Below, piece after piece: positions 55,791-64,000 of a DNA stretch of 64,000 nucleotides; positions within the stretch are counted from its first letter, which is position 1; every line of letters begins with the position of its first letter. This DNA comes from an uncultured virus (IMG/VR IMGVR_UViG_3300050202_000023). Taxonomy: Duplodnaviria > Heunggongvirae > Uroviricota > Caudoviricetes. The notes beneath the pieces were generated by a model. It saw only the letters and a list, made by a program, of their open reading frames with translations. It was not told where the DNA came from and did no database searches. A program made the position numbers and the translations under genes. The stretch lies in the IMG/VR virus record IMGVR_UViG_3300050202_000023; one strand, written 5' to 3'.

Positions 55791-57195
55791 CTAGGTAGTG
55801 AAAGCCATATTTAGCATAAGCAGGTTGACCCTGCCCAGTAATCTGTTTAGCAGTTTTTAAATTCTGGTACGGTTGATTACGAAGCTTTTCCCATTCACTA
55901 TTTCTAATTTGACGGGCTTCATTTTGTCCAGCTAATCCTGCCATTACCTGTGTAGCTAAATCAATTGTACCCGGGTTGAATAAACTACTCATCCAGTCTT
56001 TAGGAGTTTGTAAACCCGGTGTTACCGTTTGAGCTGTAGTACTTGCTGGATTCATAGCTGCTTTAAACGGGGCATTATTAGTATAAGCTTGACTAGTTAC
56101 GTTATTTCCCTGTTCTTTCATATAATTACTAATACCATCCCGGTATAATGAATCAGGTTGAAAGTCAAAATTATACTTACTTGCCTGATTCTGTTTATAT
56201 CCGGTAGCGGTACCAGCAGTTAATGTGCCAAACCCCGACGTTGCTGGTTTAAAAGCACGAAGATCATTAAAGCTTGATCCACCTTGTTGAGCATATTGTA
56301 CAGTCTGTTCTTCAAGTTCTTTCTGTTTAGCTAAAGCTAATTCAGCATCATCCTGTTGACCTTGTTGACCTTGTAAGTTTAAAAAGTTTTGAGCTGCTCC
56401 CTGATACTTGGCATCAGGATTAAATATACTTTCAAGGGCTGTATTAACTAGCTGTCCACCAATCTGTGTAGCTATCTGTGCTCCAAATTGAGCATTAGGT
56501 GTCTGTAGTACCTGTCTGGCATTACTGGCTCTACCAGCTTCATTAGCCTGAGCCCGGTTATACCGTTCATAGGTTCTACCAAAAGTCTGTGCAGCCTGTT
56601 CAGGAGTTCTAGTCTGTTTAACCCGGTCAAGCATTTGCTTGGATTCTCCGGGTTCATTTAGAATATAATCCAGTTGAAAGTAAGGATCATGTGGATTCTT
56701 ACCTTGTTTTTTAGCTGAGTTAACTAATCCTGACCAACGTTCATTGTGCCACTGGGCTAAACCAAAGCTGGTACCAGAATCACCTACAGCTTTAGAATCA
56801 AGATTAGATTCTACCTGAAGGTTACCAATAATTCCAGCCGCAACGTGCTCAGGTAAACCATGTTGCTGTACATAGTATGCATAAGCTTCATCAGCACTAA
56901 TTGAATTCTTTCCCCCAGTTCTTGAAATGGCTTTGTATACGGGTCGTTTATAACCACCAGTAACAAGCTGCTCATAAAAATCTGAGTCATCATCTGGATC
57001 AAAATCCTCATTATCAGGTTCTTCATAGTCAATAGGTTCTTCTTCAACTTCTTCATCCAACTCTTCTTCATTTTCGTCTAGTTCTTCTACAGGATTCTGT
57101 ATAGACTCACGAAAGGGTGTCGGTAAATCATAGAATACCTCATCTGGTTCAGAAGCTTGGTTTACTATCTCAGGATTTTCAAAAAAGTACTTCAT
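55768..57195 (-). CDS. cargo protein with a phage-tail-lysozyme-like domain
   Basis: AAGIIGNLQVES...GDSGTSFGLAQWHNER...QLDYI...YER; acidic N-terminus. Confidence 0.75.
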   Translation of the reverse strand: MKYFFENPEIVNQASEPDEVFYDLPTPFRESIQNPVEELDENEEELDEEVEEEPIDYEEPDNEDFDPDDDSDFYEQLVTGGYKRPVYKAISRTGGKNSISADEAYAYYVQQHGLPEHVAAGIIGNLQVESNLDSKAVGDSGTSFGLAQWHNERWSGLVNSAKKQGKNPHDPYFQLDYILNEPGESKQMLDRVKQTRTPEQAAQTFGRTYERYNRAQANEAGRASNARQVLQTPNAQFGAQIATQIGGQLVNTALESIFNPDAKYQGAAQNFLNLQGQQGQQDDAELALAKQKELEEQTVQYAQQGGSSFNDLRAFKPATSGFGTLTAGTATGYKQNQASKYNFDFQPDSLYRDGISNYMKEQGNNVTSQAYTNNAPFKAAMNPASTTAQTVTPGLQTPKDWMSSLFNPGTIDLATQVMAGLAGQNEARQIRNSEWEKLRNQPYQNLKTAKQITGQGQPAYAKYGFHYLDDLYNEE

Positions 57196-57315
57196 GAACA
57201 AAGTATGATTAAGTTGTATTATTTTTAGATATTTGTTAGTTTGAAACTTATTTTGAACTTTTTACGTAATAGAATGAAATTCTATTTATTTAATACTATT
57301 CGAAAACTGTCTAGA

Positions 57316-60300
57316 CTAAGCGGGTTTAAGAACAGGACTCACAAACTGATGTAGGTATTGATCCTGTTTATTTGTTTCTTTTTTAAAGTGAATAGTAAAT
57401 CCCGTACCTCGTAGTAAGCTGGAAGTCATCATTCCATTACTGGTACGAAGAGCTTCATTATTAACAAACTTTTTTACCCGGGTTGAATCAGTAATCCATA
57501 AAGGTAAAACATTGTTTGAAGCTGTTTTATCAACAATCCCATTTACTGACCAGTTTCCCCCAATCGTCTGATATACACGAGGTCTGTTTAAAAGTAACTC
57601 TCGTGGATTTTGACCAGTACCCGGAATCAGATCAACAACACCCGATGTTTGTCGATCCGATGATACTACTAGTTTATCGTATGTCTTTGTATCAAGTACC
57701 GTAAACTGGTCTCCTTGGTGATACCGTCTAACTTCACAACCAAACTCTACTGATTCAAGTTGTACAGCTTGACCAGTATAGCCAGTCCAGACACTAAGTT
57801 CAAATGGTACTTGTTGACCAAAGAAATGCTGATACTGTAACCGACTATTTCTATGTACCCATCCACTACCCTTTTGTCTACTAGTGGGAGAATTAATTAA
57901 ACTTAAAAATCCTTTTGGCCAGCTAACTAAGTAGTCTGGATTAAAACTATAGAAAGCCCATTGTTTTGTAGGAAAGTGATAACCTATTGTAAATGAGCAG
58001 TCTACAAAGTGTTGAGGATTTCCAAGTAAAACCTGTTCACCATTATTTGTTAAAAATACACCGTCTTTTCCTGAATAAATTAAATCTTTTCTTTTTGCAG
58101 AGTAATCCCGTTTGGTTATAAGAATTCTGTGACTAGTAGGATCATAGATCATTTGGATTGGTAATGAACCTAAAGCAATGCTTGGATACTGTCGTTTAAT
58201 AAAACTCGGTAGATTATCCTGAAGCCAGTGTTCAATAGGTGTATTAGCATGAAGAGGTTCTGGATTTCCACCCGGAGCCATTAAATAAATCCCACCCCGT
58301 ATCTGGTCAACCCATACGTTACCAAATGGAGTTGAACAAAAAGATCTATCCTGAGACCCGATAGCTCCACCGTCTACCTGAGCAAACTGCTGTGGACGTT
58401 GAGCAAACATACCCCCACTATCAATTTGGACAAGCTCTTCTCCAACTGGTAATGTACTATATGCATTAAACAAAGCTGCTCCATGTTCAAAACGAGCTAA
58501 TACTCTATTACCCTGTAATCCATTTAGTCCAGTTAGCAGTCCATGTAGTCTATCAAAGTCATAATAATTTAGGGCTTTATAATGTCTCCAGTTATTAATT
58601 TGACTATAGATTACCCGGTTAGGATGATATTGATCTCGTAACTGATTATAAAGCTGTGAATCTAAAAACGGTAAAAGTTTGTTTTCTCTAATTGGTCGAG
58701 AATAACTTCGGTCATACCGGTATACGTTATCTTTATTAATAGATACGTTATTTTCCTGTGTCCACGTCTTTGTATCAACTAACGGGTAAAAAGCTTCATC
58801 GGTTAGGTTTCCAGCTTCTCTCATATCAAGATTAACACTTGACTCACAGAAAAAATATGGAATCCCGTAACTATATAAAAACATTGACCCGTCAGCTTGT
58901 AAAGGATTGTTAACACCTTTATCAAGTCTATGAGGGACTTGTTGATTAGCAATAGTTAACAGCCTACCAACAAGACTAGGAAAAACTCCATCAAAAATTT
59001 TATCCGTAAATTCCGTATCAAAAAAGTAATTTGGATAGGCTACGTTTGCTAAATCACTATAAATAACACTTGACTTATCTGGTAAGTTAAATCGAGTTTG
59101 GGTGAAAAAACTATGTTTTCTTTTTAGGCTAAATCGGTTAATATAGGTATCCCCACCAAAGACCTGAATGACTTCTTCAAATGTATCAAGCTTAAACCGA
59201 TTTCCCGTTTCAAGATAAGATACTCCACTAATTCGGCCATACTGAGTTGGATTATATCGTACCAAACTTCCATACCAAGCTGAAATAGAACGTGTTTCAT
59301 TCTTATCAAGCTCAGTTTCTGAAAGTAAGAATCGGCTTCGGTCAGTTACTCGTGGGCTAGGTAATCGTTGTTTTCCAGCTTGATTAAGTTGAAGATACGT
59401 AGATTTTTCTCTAAACCGGTTATTAACAATAACATTATTTACCTGTTGAATATCTGGCTCTAGTACAACTTGCTGGTTAATTGACCGAATACGGAATCCG
59501 GGTTGTGGGGCATTATTCCATTGATTATACCAACCAACAGCCTGATAGTAAACACCTAAGTTTTTAAAAGGTAGTAAAGATTCAAATAGTTGTTTAAAAG
59601 TTACACTTTTACCTAGACCATCAACTAATAATAGTAAAGGATCACTACCCCCAATACTAATTGTAGGTAGAGCTTCATTATAGCCTAAAGTATAGGCAGC
59701 TCCTAATATATCAGAAGATGTTAATTTTTGCTTAGCCTGATCTTTAGCTTCTTGAAAACTACCTTCAGATTGACCATACTCTTCCGTTTCCAGTTTTACA
59801 TAGTCAGCCCGTCCTTGTGGACTAAAGTGAGTATCTGGAGAATGAAATGTATAATTCCCCGTCTTAGTAAAAGGTAATCGTAAAGCAGGTAGTCTATAGT
59901 TTTTATATGTATCTTCAGTTGGGGACAGAAATGGATCAGGTCTTAAATCATTAAATGGATAATTTGAAAACTCAACTGTTTGACCTTTTCTTTGATAAGA
60001 GTTTACATCATATAGTAAACCTCTGGCCAGAATACTGGCTTGTCCAGTCCGGTCTCCCCGTACAATACGGTATCCAGAAACTACTCCGGGTTGAAGTATC
60101 CCATCTCTTTCTGCTAAAGCAATGGCATCTTTTATATGTAATGAGCTGATTAAAAAACCAATTGGATAAATATATCCTTTCTTTTTAGTTAACGGAATTA
60201 ATTCACCCGTAGCAGAATACCCATCGTGAATATGTGTTAAATTATTACTTGGAAACTTATGGTGTCGAATAGGTTTATTACAAAGGTCTCCCCATACATC

Positions 60301-61767
60301 AGGTCTGTTTGGGTATACTAGTGTACTTTCATGATACCCCATTAAGCCCAGTTCCCATATACCCGGCTCATCAGCAGACTTATACGCCATGTGTGGTCGA
60401 GATACAACAGATCCTGTATCCTGAACCTCCCAAGCTAAAACAGGCTTTGTATTTTTTTTAACTTCTTGTAAAGCTACACTATCATCAGATACTATTTCAG
60501 TTAATTCTGTAGAAAAAGCTGTTCGACCCGGTATTGAGAATACACCTGATTCATCTCCATCAAAGTACTCCAGTACTAAACCTAATGGTACTACTTCTCC
60601 CCGCATAAACGAAACAAACTTTCCAGCTATTATACCATCTTTATAAGCACCCTCTTCTAGCTGAATAGTTTGCCAGTTAACAGGTATTTCCAGTAAATAC
60701 TTTTGAAAGTTTGGTATTTGTTTTTCAGTTAAACCCCATCTAAGAAGTCGTTGTTCAGTGGTAGTAAGGCCAGCAGAACTTGTATAGTGTGTTCTAGTCT
60801 CAAGTAATTCACCTAAGCTTAAAGGTAAACGAGTTTCATTTCCCTGTAAAACAATTGTTTTTGACTTAACTGAATACGGAGGTAATGTAAATGTCTGTAC
60901 CTGACTTCCAATAATTTGAATGATGCCAAGTTGAATATAAGTATAGGTTGACGATGTTGAATTTACATCAATTGTAATTGCTTGGTTTGTTGTCACTCCG
61001 GCCCGAGTAGATAACGGAGTCTCCCATAGTTTAATAGGAGTGGTCTGTGTTAGAAATTCAGTTAGACGTTCTCCTGTTGCTGTACAATAAGCTGCCCTAA
61101 CTTGAACAGTACCGGCTTCCCATGAACCCCCCGTATTAATACTGGCAGCAGTAATGGTTAAATCTCCACCAAGAGCATCAAGTCTTGACCGATTACAATC
61201 TAGTTCGTTTCGATAAATTGGAGCGTTACAGTCATCATATCCATCAATAACTTTACTATCCGGGTGTAAAACAAGTTGGTTATTAATTAGCTCAAACCGT
61301 ATAATACGGTCTGCGTTTTTATTATCAACCAAATATAAGTAAAAGTCAGTTTGCTCAAATTGATACTTGGCCTCCAGTACCTGATGAATAGAAAAGTTAA
61401 GACATGGAGCTACTAGTAGTGTACTATATGTACCTACTGGTTCTTGATTTGCCTCAATTGGACCTACATCAGAATTAGTATAAGGCTCAGGTTTTAAGTC
61501 ATGGGAAACAATACCAATTTCTGATACAGACCCCGCTAAAAACAGTAATGTTAGCCGTAACTCTGTAATACGAAGTGTGTGAACAACCTGTTTACCACCG
61601 GGTAAAATAAAAGCCAACTCATTGGCTGGCTCATTACTCCAAAGATAACTTCCTTCAGCTCCAGCTTCCGGTCTTCCATTCAATACGTAGGTAACACCGG
61701 GTTTTTGTAAGGTTACGTTTAAGTCTGCTTGTAGTCCTTGAGATGATGTAGTACTAACTGGTTCCAT
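57316..61767 (-). CDS. tail muzzle / stabilisation protein (1483 aa)
   Basis: SFMRGEVVPLG, IRHHKFP, FHSPDTHF, FGGDTYI and YSFNPD motifs recognised from crAss-like tail proteins. Confidence 0.75.
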   Translation of the reverse strand: MEPVSTTSSQGLQADLNVTLQKPGVTYVLNGRPEAGAEGSYLWSNEPANELAFILPGGKQVVHTLRITELRLTLLFLAGSVSEIGIVSHDLKPEPYTNSDVGPIEANQEPVGTYSTLLVAPCLNFSIHQVLEAKYQFEQTDFYLYLVDNKNADRIIRFELINNQLVLHPDSKVIDGYDDCNAPIYRNELDCNRSRLDALGGDLTITAASINTGGSWEAGTVQVRAAYCTATGERLTEFLTQTTPIKLWETPLSTRAGVTTNQAITIDVNSTSSTYTYIQLGIIQIIGSQVQTFTLPPYSVKSKTIVLQGNETRLPLSLGELLETRTHYTSSAGLTTTEQRLLRWGLTEKQIPNFQKYLLEIPVNWQTIQLEEGAYKDGIIAGKFVSFMRGEVVPLGLVLEYFDGDESGVFSIPGRTAFSTELTEIVSDDSVALQEVKKNTKPVLAWEVQDTGSVVSRPHMAYKSADEPGIWELGLMGYHESTLVYPNRPDVWGDLCNKPIRHHKFPSNNLTHIHDGYSATGELIPLTKKKGYIYPIGFLISSLHIKDAIALAERDGILQPGVVSGYRIVRGDRTGQASILARGLLYDVNSYQRKGQTVEFSNYPFNDLRPDPFLSPTEDTYKNYRLPALRLPFTKTGNYTFHSPDTHFSPQGRADYVKLETEEYGQSEGSFQEAKDQAKQKLTSSDILGAAYTLGYNEALPTISIGGSDPLLLLVDGLGKSVTFKQLFESLLPFKNLGVYYQAVGWYNQWNNAPQPGFRIRSINQQVVLEPDIQQVNNVIVNNRFREKSTYLQLNQAGKQRLPSPRVTDRSRFLLSETELDKNETRSISAWYGSLVRYNPTQYGRISGVSYLETGNRFKLDTFEEVIQVFGGDTYINRFSLKRKHSFFTQTRFNLPDKSSVIYSDLANVAYPNYFFDTEFTDKIFDGVFPSLVGRLLTIANQQVPHRLDKGVNNPLQADGSMFLYSYGIPYFFCESSVNLDMREAGNLTDEAFYPLVDTKTWTQENNVSINKDNVYRYDRSYSRPIRENKLLPFLDSQLYNQLRDQYHPNRVIYSQINNWRHYKALNYYDFDRLHGLLTGLNGLQGNRVLARFEHGAALFNAYSTLPVGEELVQIDSGGMFAQRPQQFAQVDGGAIGSQDRSFCSTPFGNVWVDQIRGGIYLMAPGGNPEPLHANTPIEHWLQDNLPSFIKRQYPSIALGSLPIQMIYDPTSHRILITKRDYSAKRKDLIYSGKDGVFLTNNGEQVLLGNPQHFVDCSFTIGYHFPTKQWAFYSFNPDYLVSWPKGFLSLINSPTSRQKGSGWVHRNSRLQYQHFFGQQVPFELSVWTGYTGQAVQLESVEFGCEVRRYHQGDQFTVLDTKTYDKLVVSSDRQTSGVVDLIPGTGQNPRELLLNRPRVYQTIGGNWSVNGIVDKTASNNVLPLWITDSTRVKKFVNNEALRTSNGMMTSSLLRGTGFTIHFKKETNKQDQYLHQFVSPVLKPA

Positions 61768-61774
61768 AGTTTAC

Positions 61775-62389
61775 TTATTTAAACGGAAGCATTGAGCGTG
61801 GTCGTTGTGTTTTATAATTATACAGATCTTTAAAACTTGGTGTTTGCTCCTGTTTATAGGCATTATCATGAGCCATTAGTAACTCTTGAGAAGCAAACTG
61901 AATTTGTTGTTGAATATTAGCAACTTCGTTATTATAAAACCAGTCTTTTAATTGTTCATAAACAATCTTTTTTACCAAGTAATCCTGTATAACAAGATCG
62001 GTGGGTACGTTTGGTAATTCATTACCCGGACGACTTCCCCGGTAAACCAGTCTAAGATTTGTTACAGAAGAATCAACTTGAAGTACGTTATTCTTTTGTA
62101 TATAATAGTACCTGCCTTTGCTAGATTGATTAAGTGGGTAAACAGGTTCATTACCAAACCAAGCTTCTTCAATATCGACTAATCCATCAGGAAGACGAGC
62201 TTTACCCCCAACTACTAAGAGGACCGTTTCAAGATTTGATTCCCCTTGTTTAATGCCAATGTCTTGTAAACCTTTTTGTATCTGGTCACTGGCTAATGAT
62301 AAGTCTAAAATACCCGCTTCATAAAAAGATCGTAGACGTTTAATTACTTGTTTAGTAATAACTGAACCGTCTATATATGTATGTTCCAT
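61775..62389 (-). CDS. tail ring / tubular protein
   Basis: GKARLPDGL, LVYRG...LPNVP; position in the tail module. Confidence 0.6.
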   Translation of the reverse strand: MEHTYIDGSVITKQVIKRLRSFYEAGILDLSLASDQIQKGLQDIGIKQGESNLETVLLVVGGKARLPDGLVDIEEAWFGNEPVYPLNQSSKGRYYYIQKNNVLQVDSSVTNLRLVYRGSRPGNELPNVPTDLVIQDYLVKKIVYEQLKDWFYNNEVANIQQQIQFASQELLMAHDNAYKQEQTPSFKDLYNYKTQRPRSMLPFK

Positions 62390-62393
62390 TAAG

Positions 62394-62858
62394 TTATCGG
62401 TTAATTCGTCCAGTATTATCTAACGTAAAATAAGTTTGTCCAGAGAATATATGTTTAGCTAAAGCTCGATTAACAGCTCGACATGCCTTAAATGTCCAGA
62501 CAGTTTTAAAAGGTAGGTTTGTTGATTGTAAATGCACCCACTTAATTCTAAAAAAATGACCAAATGTATGTAAGTTTAGTTGTTTCTTTGTTTCTCCTGT
62601 CTTGGAAAAATGAATTAGATCCCGGTAAACTTTGGTAGAGGGTAACTTACTTTTTACCACAACCAGCATACCTAACTGTTTGGGTAGCATAAATCCAAGT
62701 GGATTTGTCAGCACTTCCTCTACAATTAACTCAACCATACGTTTCATTAACTGTGTCCAGACAGGTAAAGGTAAAGTAGCTTCAAGTTGTTTATGAAACA
62801 CTTTACCAAATTTAGGACCACCCCGGACTAATTTAGTTTTAGTTTGCTGCACGGTCAA
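62394..62858 (-). CDS. IHF/HU-like protein (crAss-like)
   Basis: GFMLPKQLGML...NLHTFGHFFRIKW...FKACR. Confidence 0.65.
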   Translation of the reverse strand: MTVQQTKTKLVRGGPKFGKVFHKQLEATLPLPVWTQLMKRMVELIVEEVLTNPLGFMLPKQLGMLVVVKSKLPSTKVYRDLIHFSKTGETKKQLNLHTFGHFFRIKWVHLQSTNLPFKTVWTFKACRAVNRALAKHIFSGQTYFTLDNTGRINR

Positions 62859-63429
62859 GGGGTAATTGATTTGTATTTGTATCCTGTGGGATACTTACTG
62901 GGGCTACTCCTAATTGTTGTACAACTGTATTTTGTAGATCCTCTTCAAGATGATCAGGTACCGGAAACCGAACATCAAGTTCTGACTGACACTCACTTTC
63001 TTTCTGTGGCTGTTTCCAGTATCGAATAGTAACGGATTCTCCCGGGTCTTGAGTTAGTATAAGTTTATTATTATCAATCCAGAAATAAGTACCTGTAGAA
63101 TCCTGCTGTTGCTTTGGTGTTGAATTAATGTAGTTTGTCCCATCATCAGTTAATACCTGTAAAAATGGCCCATTTTGATGATAAAATAATGAAGGTAACA
63201 AGGCTACACTTTCATACCGGTTTTTATCAACTTGTCGTACTTCAAGTATTTCTGAAGAAAACAGGTTTGTTTGTTTCCACACTCTTCGACTGTCTGAGTC
63301 ACGTCGTACTAATAAATTTAAAAGAGTTTCAAGCTTATTAGCAATCATTCGATTATTAATACGTAAATCAGGATCATTAGCCCGAAGTCGTTGTCTAATC
63401 TGGTAAATCCACTCCCGACGTGTTTTCAT
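62839..63429 (-). CDS. tail ring protein
   Basis: YFWIDNNKL...C..LD..FPVPDHL...PQD pattern. Confidence 0.6.
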   Translation of the reverse strand: MKTRREWIYQIRQRLRANDPDLRINNRMIANKLETLLNLLVRRDSDSRRVWKQTNLFSSEILEVRQVDKNRYESVALLPSLFYHQNGPFLQVLTDDGTNYINSTPKQQQDSTGTYFWIDNNKLILTQDPGESVTIRYWKQPQKESECQSELDVRFPVPDHLEEDLQNTVVQQLGVAPVSIPQDTNTNQLPLDRAAN

Positions 63430-63430
63430 A

Positions 63431-63661
63431 CTAATATATATAAACAGTGTGTCCTTCTGGACCCTTTGTACACTTTTGTAAACTAAACGTACCTAACTCA
63501 AAGTCTTTTATAGCTGCACTATAAGCTTCACTATAGTTATAGTAACTGGCCAGTACTTTTTGATCTTTAATTAATAAAACCCGGTCAGGATACTTTTTAA
63601 ACAGCTCTTGCTGATTTGCTAAATAATAGTCAAGATTTTCTGACAAGGCTTTGTGCTCCAT
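63431..63661 (-). CDS. small DUF5678-like protein
   Basis: ATG 63661; YYLANQQELFKKYPDRVLLIKDQKVLASY...FSLQKC. Confidence 0.6.
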   Translation of the reverse strand: MEHKALSENLDYYLANQQELFKKYPDRVLLIKDQKVLASYYNYSEAYSAAIKDFELGTFSLQKCTKGPEGHTVYIY

Positions 63662-63662
63662 A

Positions 63663-64000
63663 CTAAAGTTTATAGTTTCGTTTAATGTCAAGATATACTT
63701 TGTCAACCTGTTTAAAACCTTTGATTGGGTTTAATATTGGCATAGTTCCTGACATAGTTATTGTAAAACCAAGAATGTCTTTAAGGTACGTACATAATTC
63801 TTTGTAAGCAACTCTGGAACTACCAATTGCACTCTTTGAGGTTGATTTCCCCGGAGCCAAACAACCTAGTAGTTCTTCAGCGTTATTGGCTGGATGAATT
63901 AAAATACCATCATAGCCTTTTACAGACTCAATACGGGGTATGTACATATCCCGTCCAAACTTAGCTGTAAATCGAGGACTTTTAGCTAATACAACTTCAT
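63663..64000 (-). CDS. DUF5675-like (L,D-peptidase-type) protein, 5' truncated by the window edge
   Basis: frame open to 64000 (EVVLAKSPRF...); GILIHPANNAEELLGCLAPG. Confidence 0.7.
   Translation of the reverse strand, partial: EVVLAKSPRFTAKFGRDMYIPRIESVKGYDGILIHPANNAEELLGCLAPGKSTSKSAIGSSRVAYKELCTYLKDILGFTITMSGTMPILNPIKGFKQVDKVYLDIKRNYKL

Noticed and set aside
925..63341. short nested or antisense ORFs in the track (e.g. 925, 2068, 3875, 9312, 18360, 28992, 45024, 53283)
   Set aside because: They overlap longer genes that carry recognisable motifs and show no coding features of their own.
1..64000. genome-wide TAG reassignment (code 15)
   Set aside because: Very long ORFs (3669, 1757, 1517 aa) are intact under code 11, and some genes end at TAG directly before the next ATG.

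Overview
This is a fragment of a large, AT-rich crAss-like (Crassvirales-type) phage genome that probably infects a Bacteroidota host, since several promoters fit (T/C)TTG-N20-TAnnTTTG. 1-13.5 kb (+): early and metabolic genes (DUF2201/DUF3150-like, RepL-like with upstream 21-bp repeats, gp88-like, S24-like, degenerate UDG, dNTP diphosphohydrolase, MazG-like, GNAT, cupin, ThyX and many small ORFs). 13.5-64 kb (-): structural and ejection module (SGNH esterase, two beta-helix tailspikes with small adaptor genes, a 3669-aa virion RNA polymerase with a GSDFDIDK motif and a C-terminal SF1 helicase, large cargo proteins, muzzle-, ring- and IHF-like proteins). A + strand island at 38.8-43.55 kb interrupts this module. 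It holds about 13 tRNAs, several tRNA stubs, a D-arm-less tRNA(UAU)-like RNA, four HNH endonucleases and a Pth2-like peptidyl-tRNA hydrolase operon. The leading candidate for a new system is an amber-interrupted leader ORF (M-L-amber-I-T-I-R-G-P) upstream of an unknown gene, Pth2 and a tRNA(CUA), in a genome that rarely ends genes with TAG and has a second gene with an internal TAG. The second candidate is a pair of tail-appendage cassettes whose matching N- and C-terminal peptides suggest anchor-extender-tip assembly. All family assignments come from motif recognition by eye; no searches were run. Four 10-N scaffold gaps are present and two of them split genes artificially.
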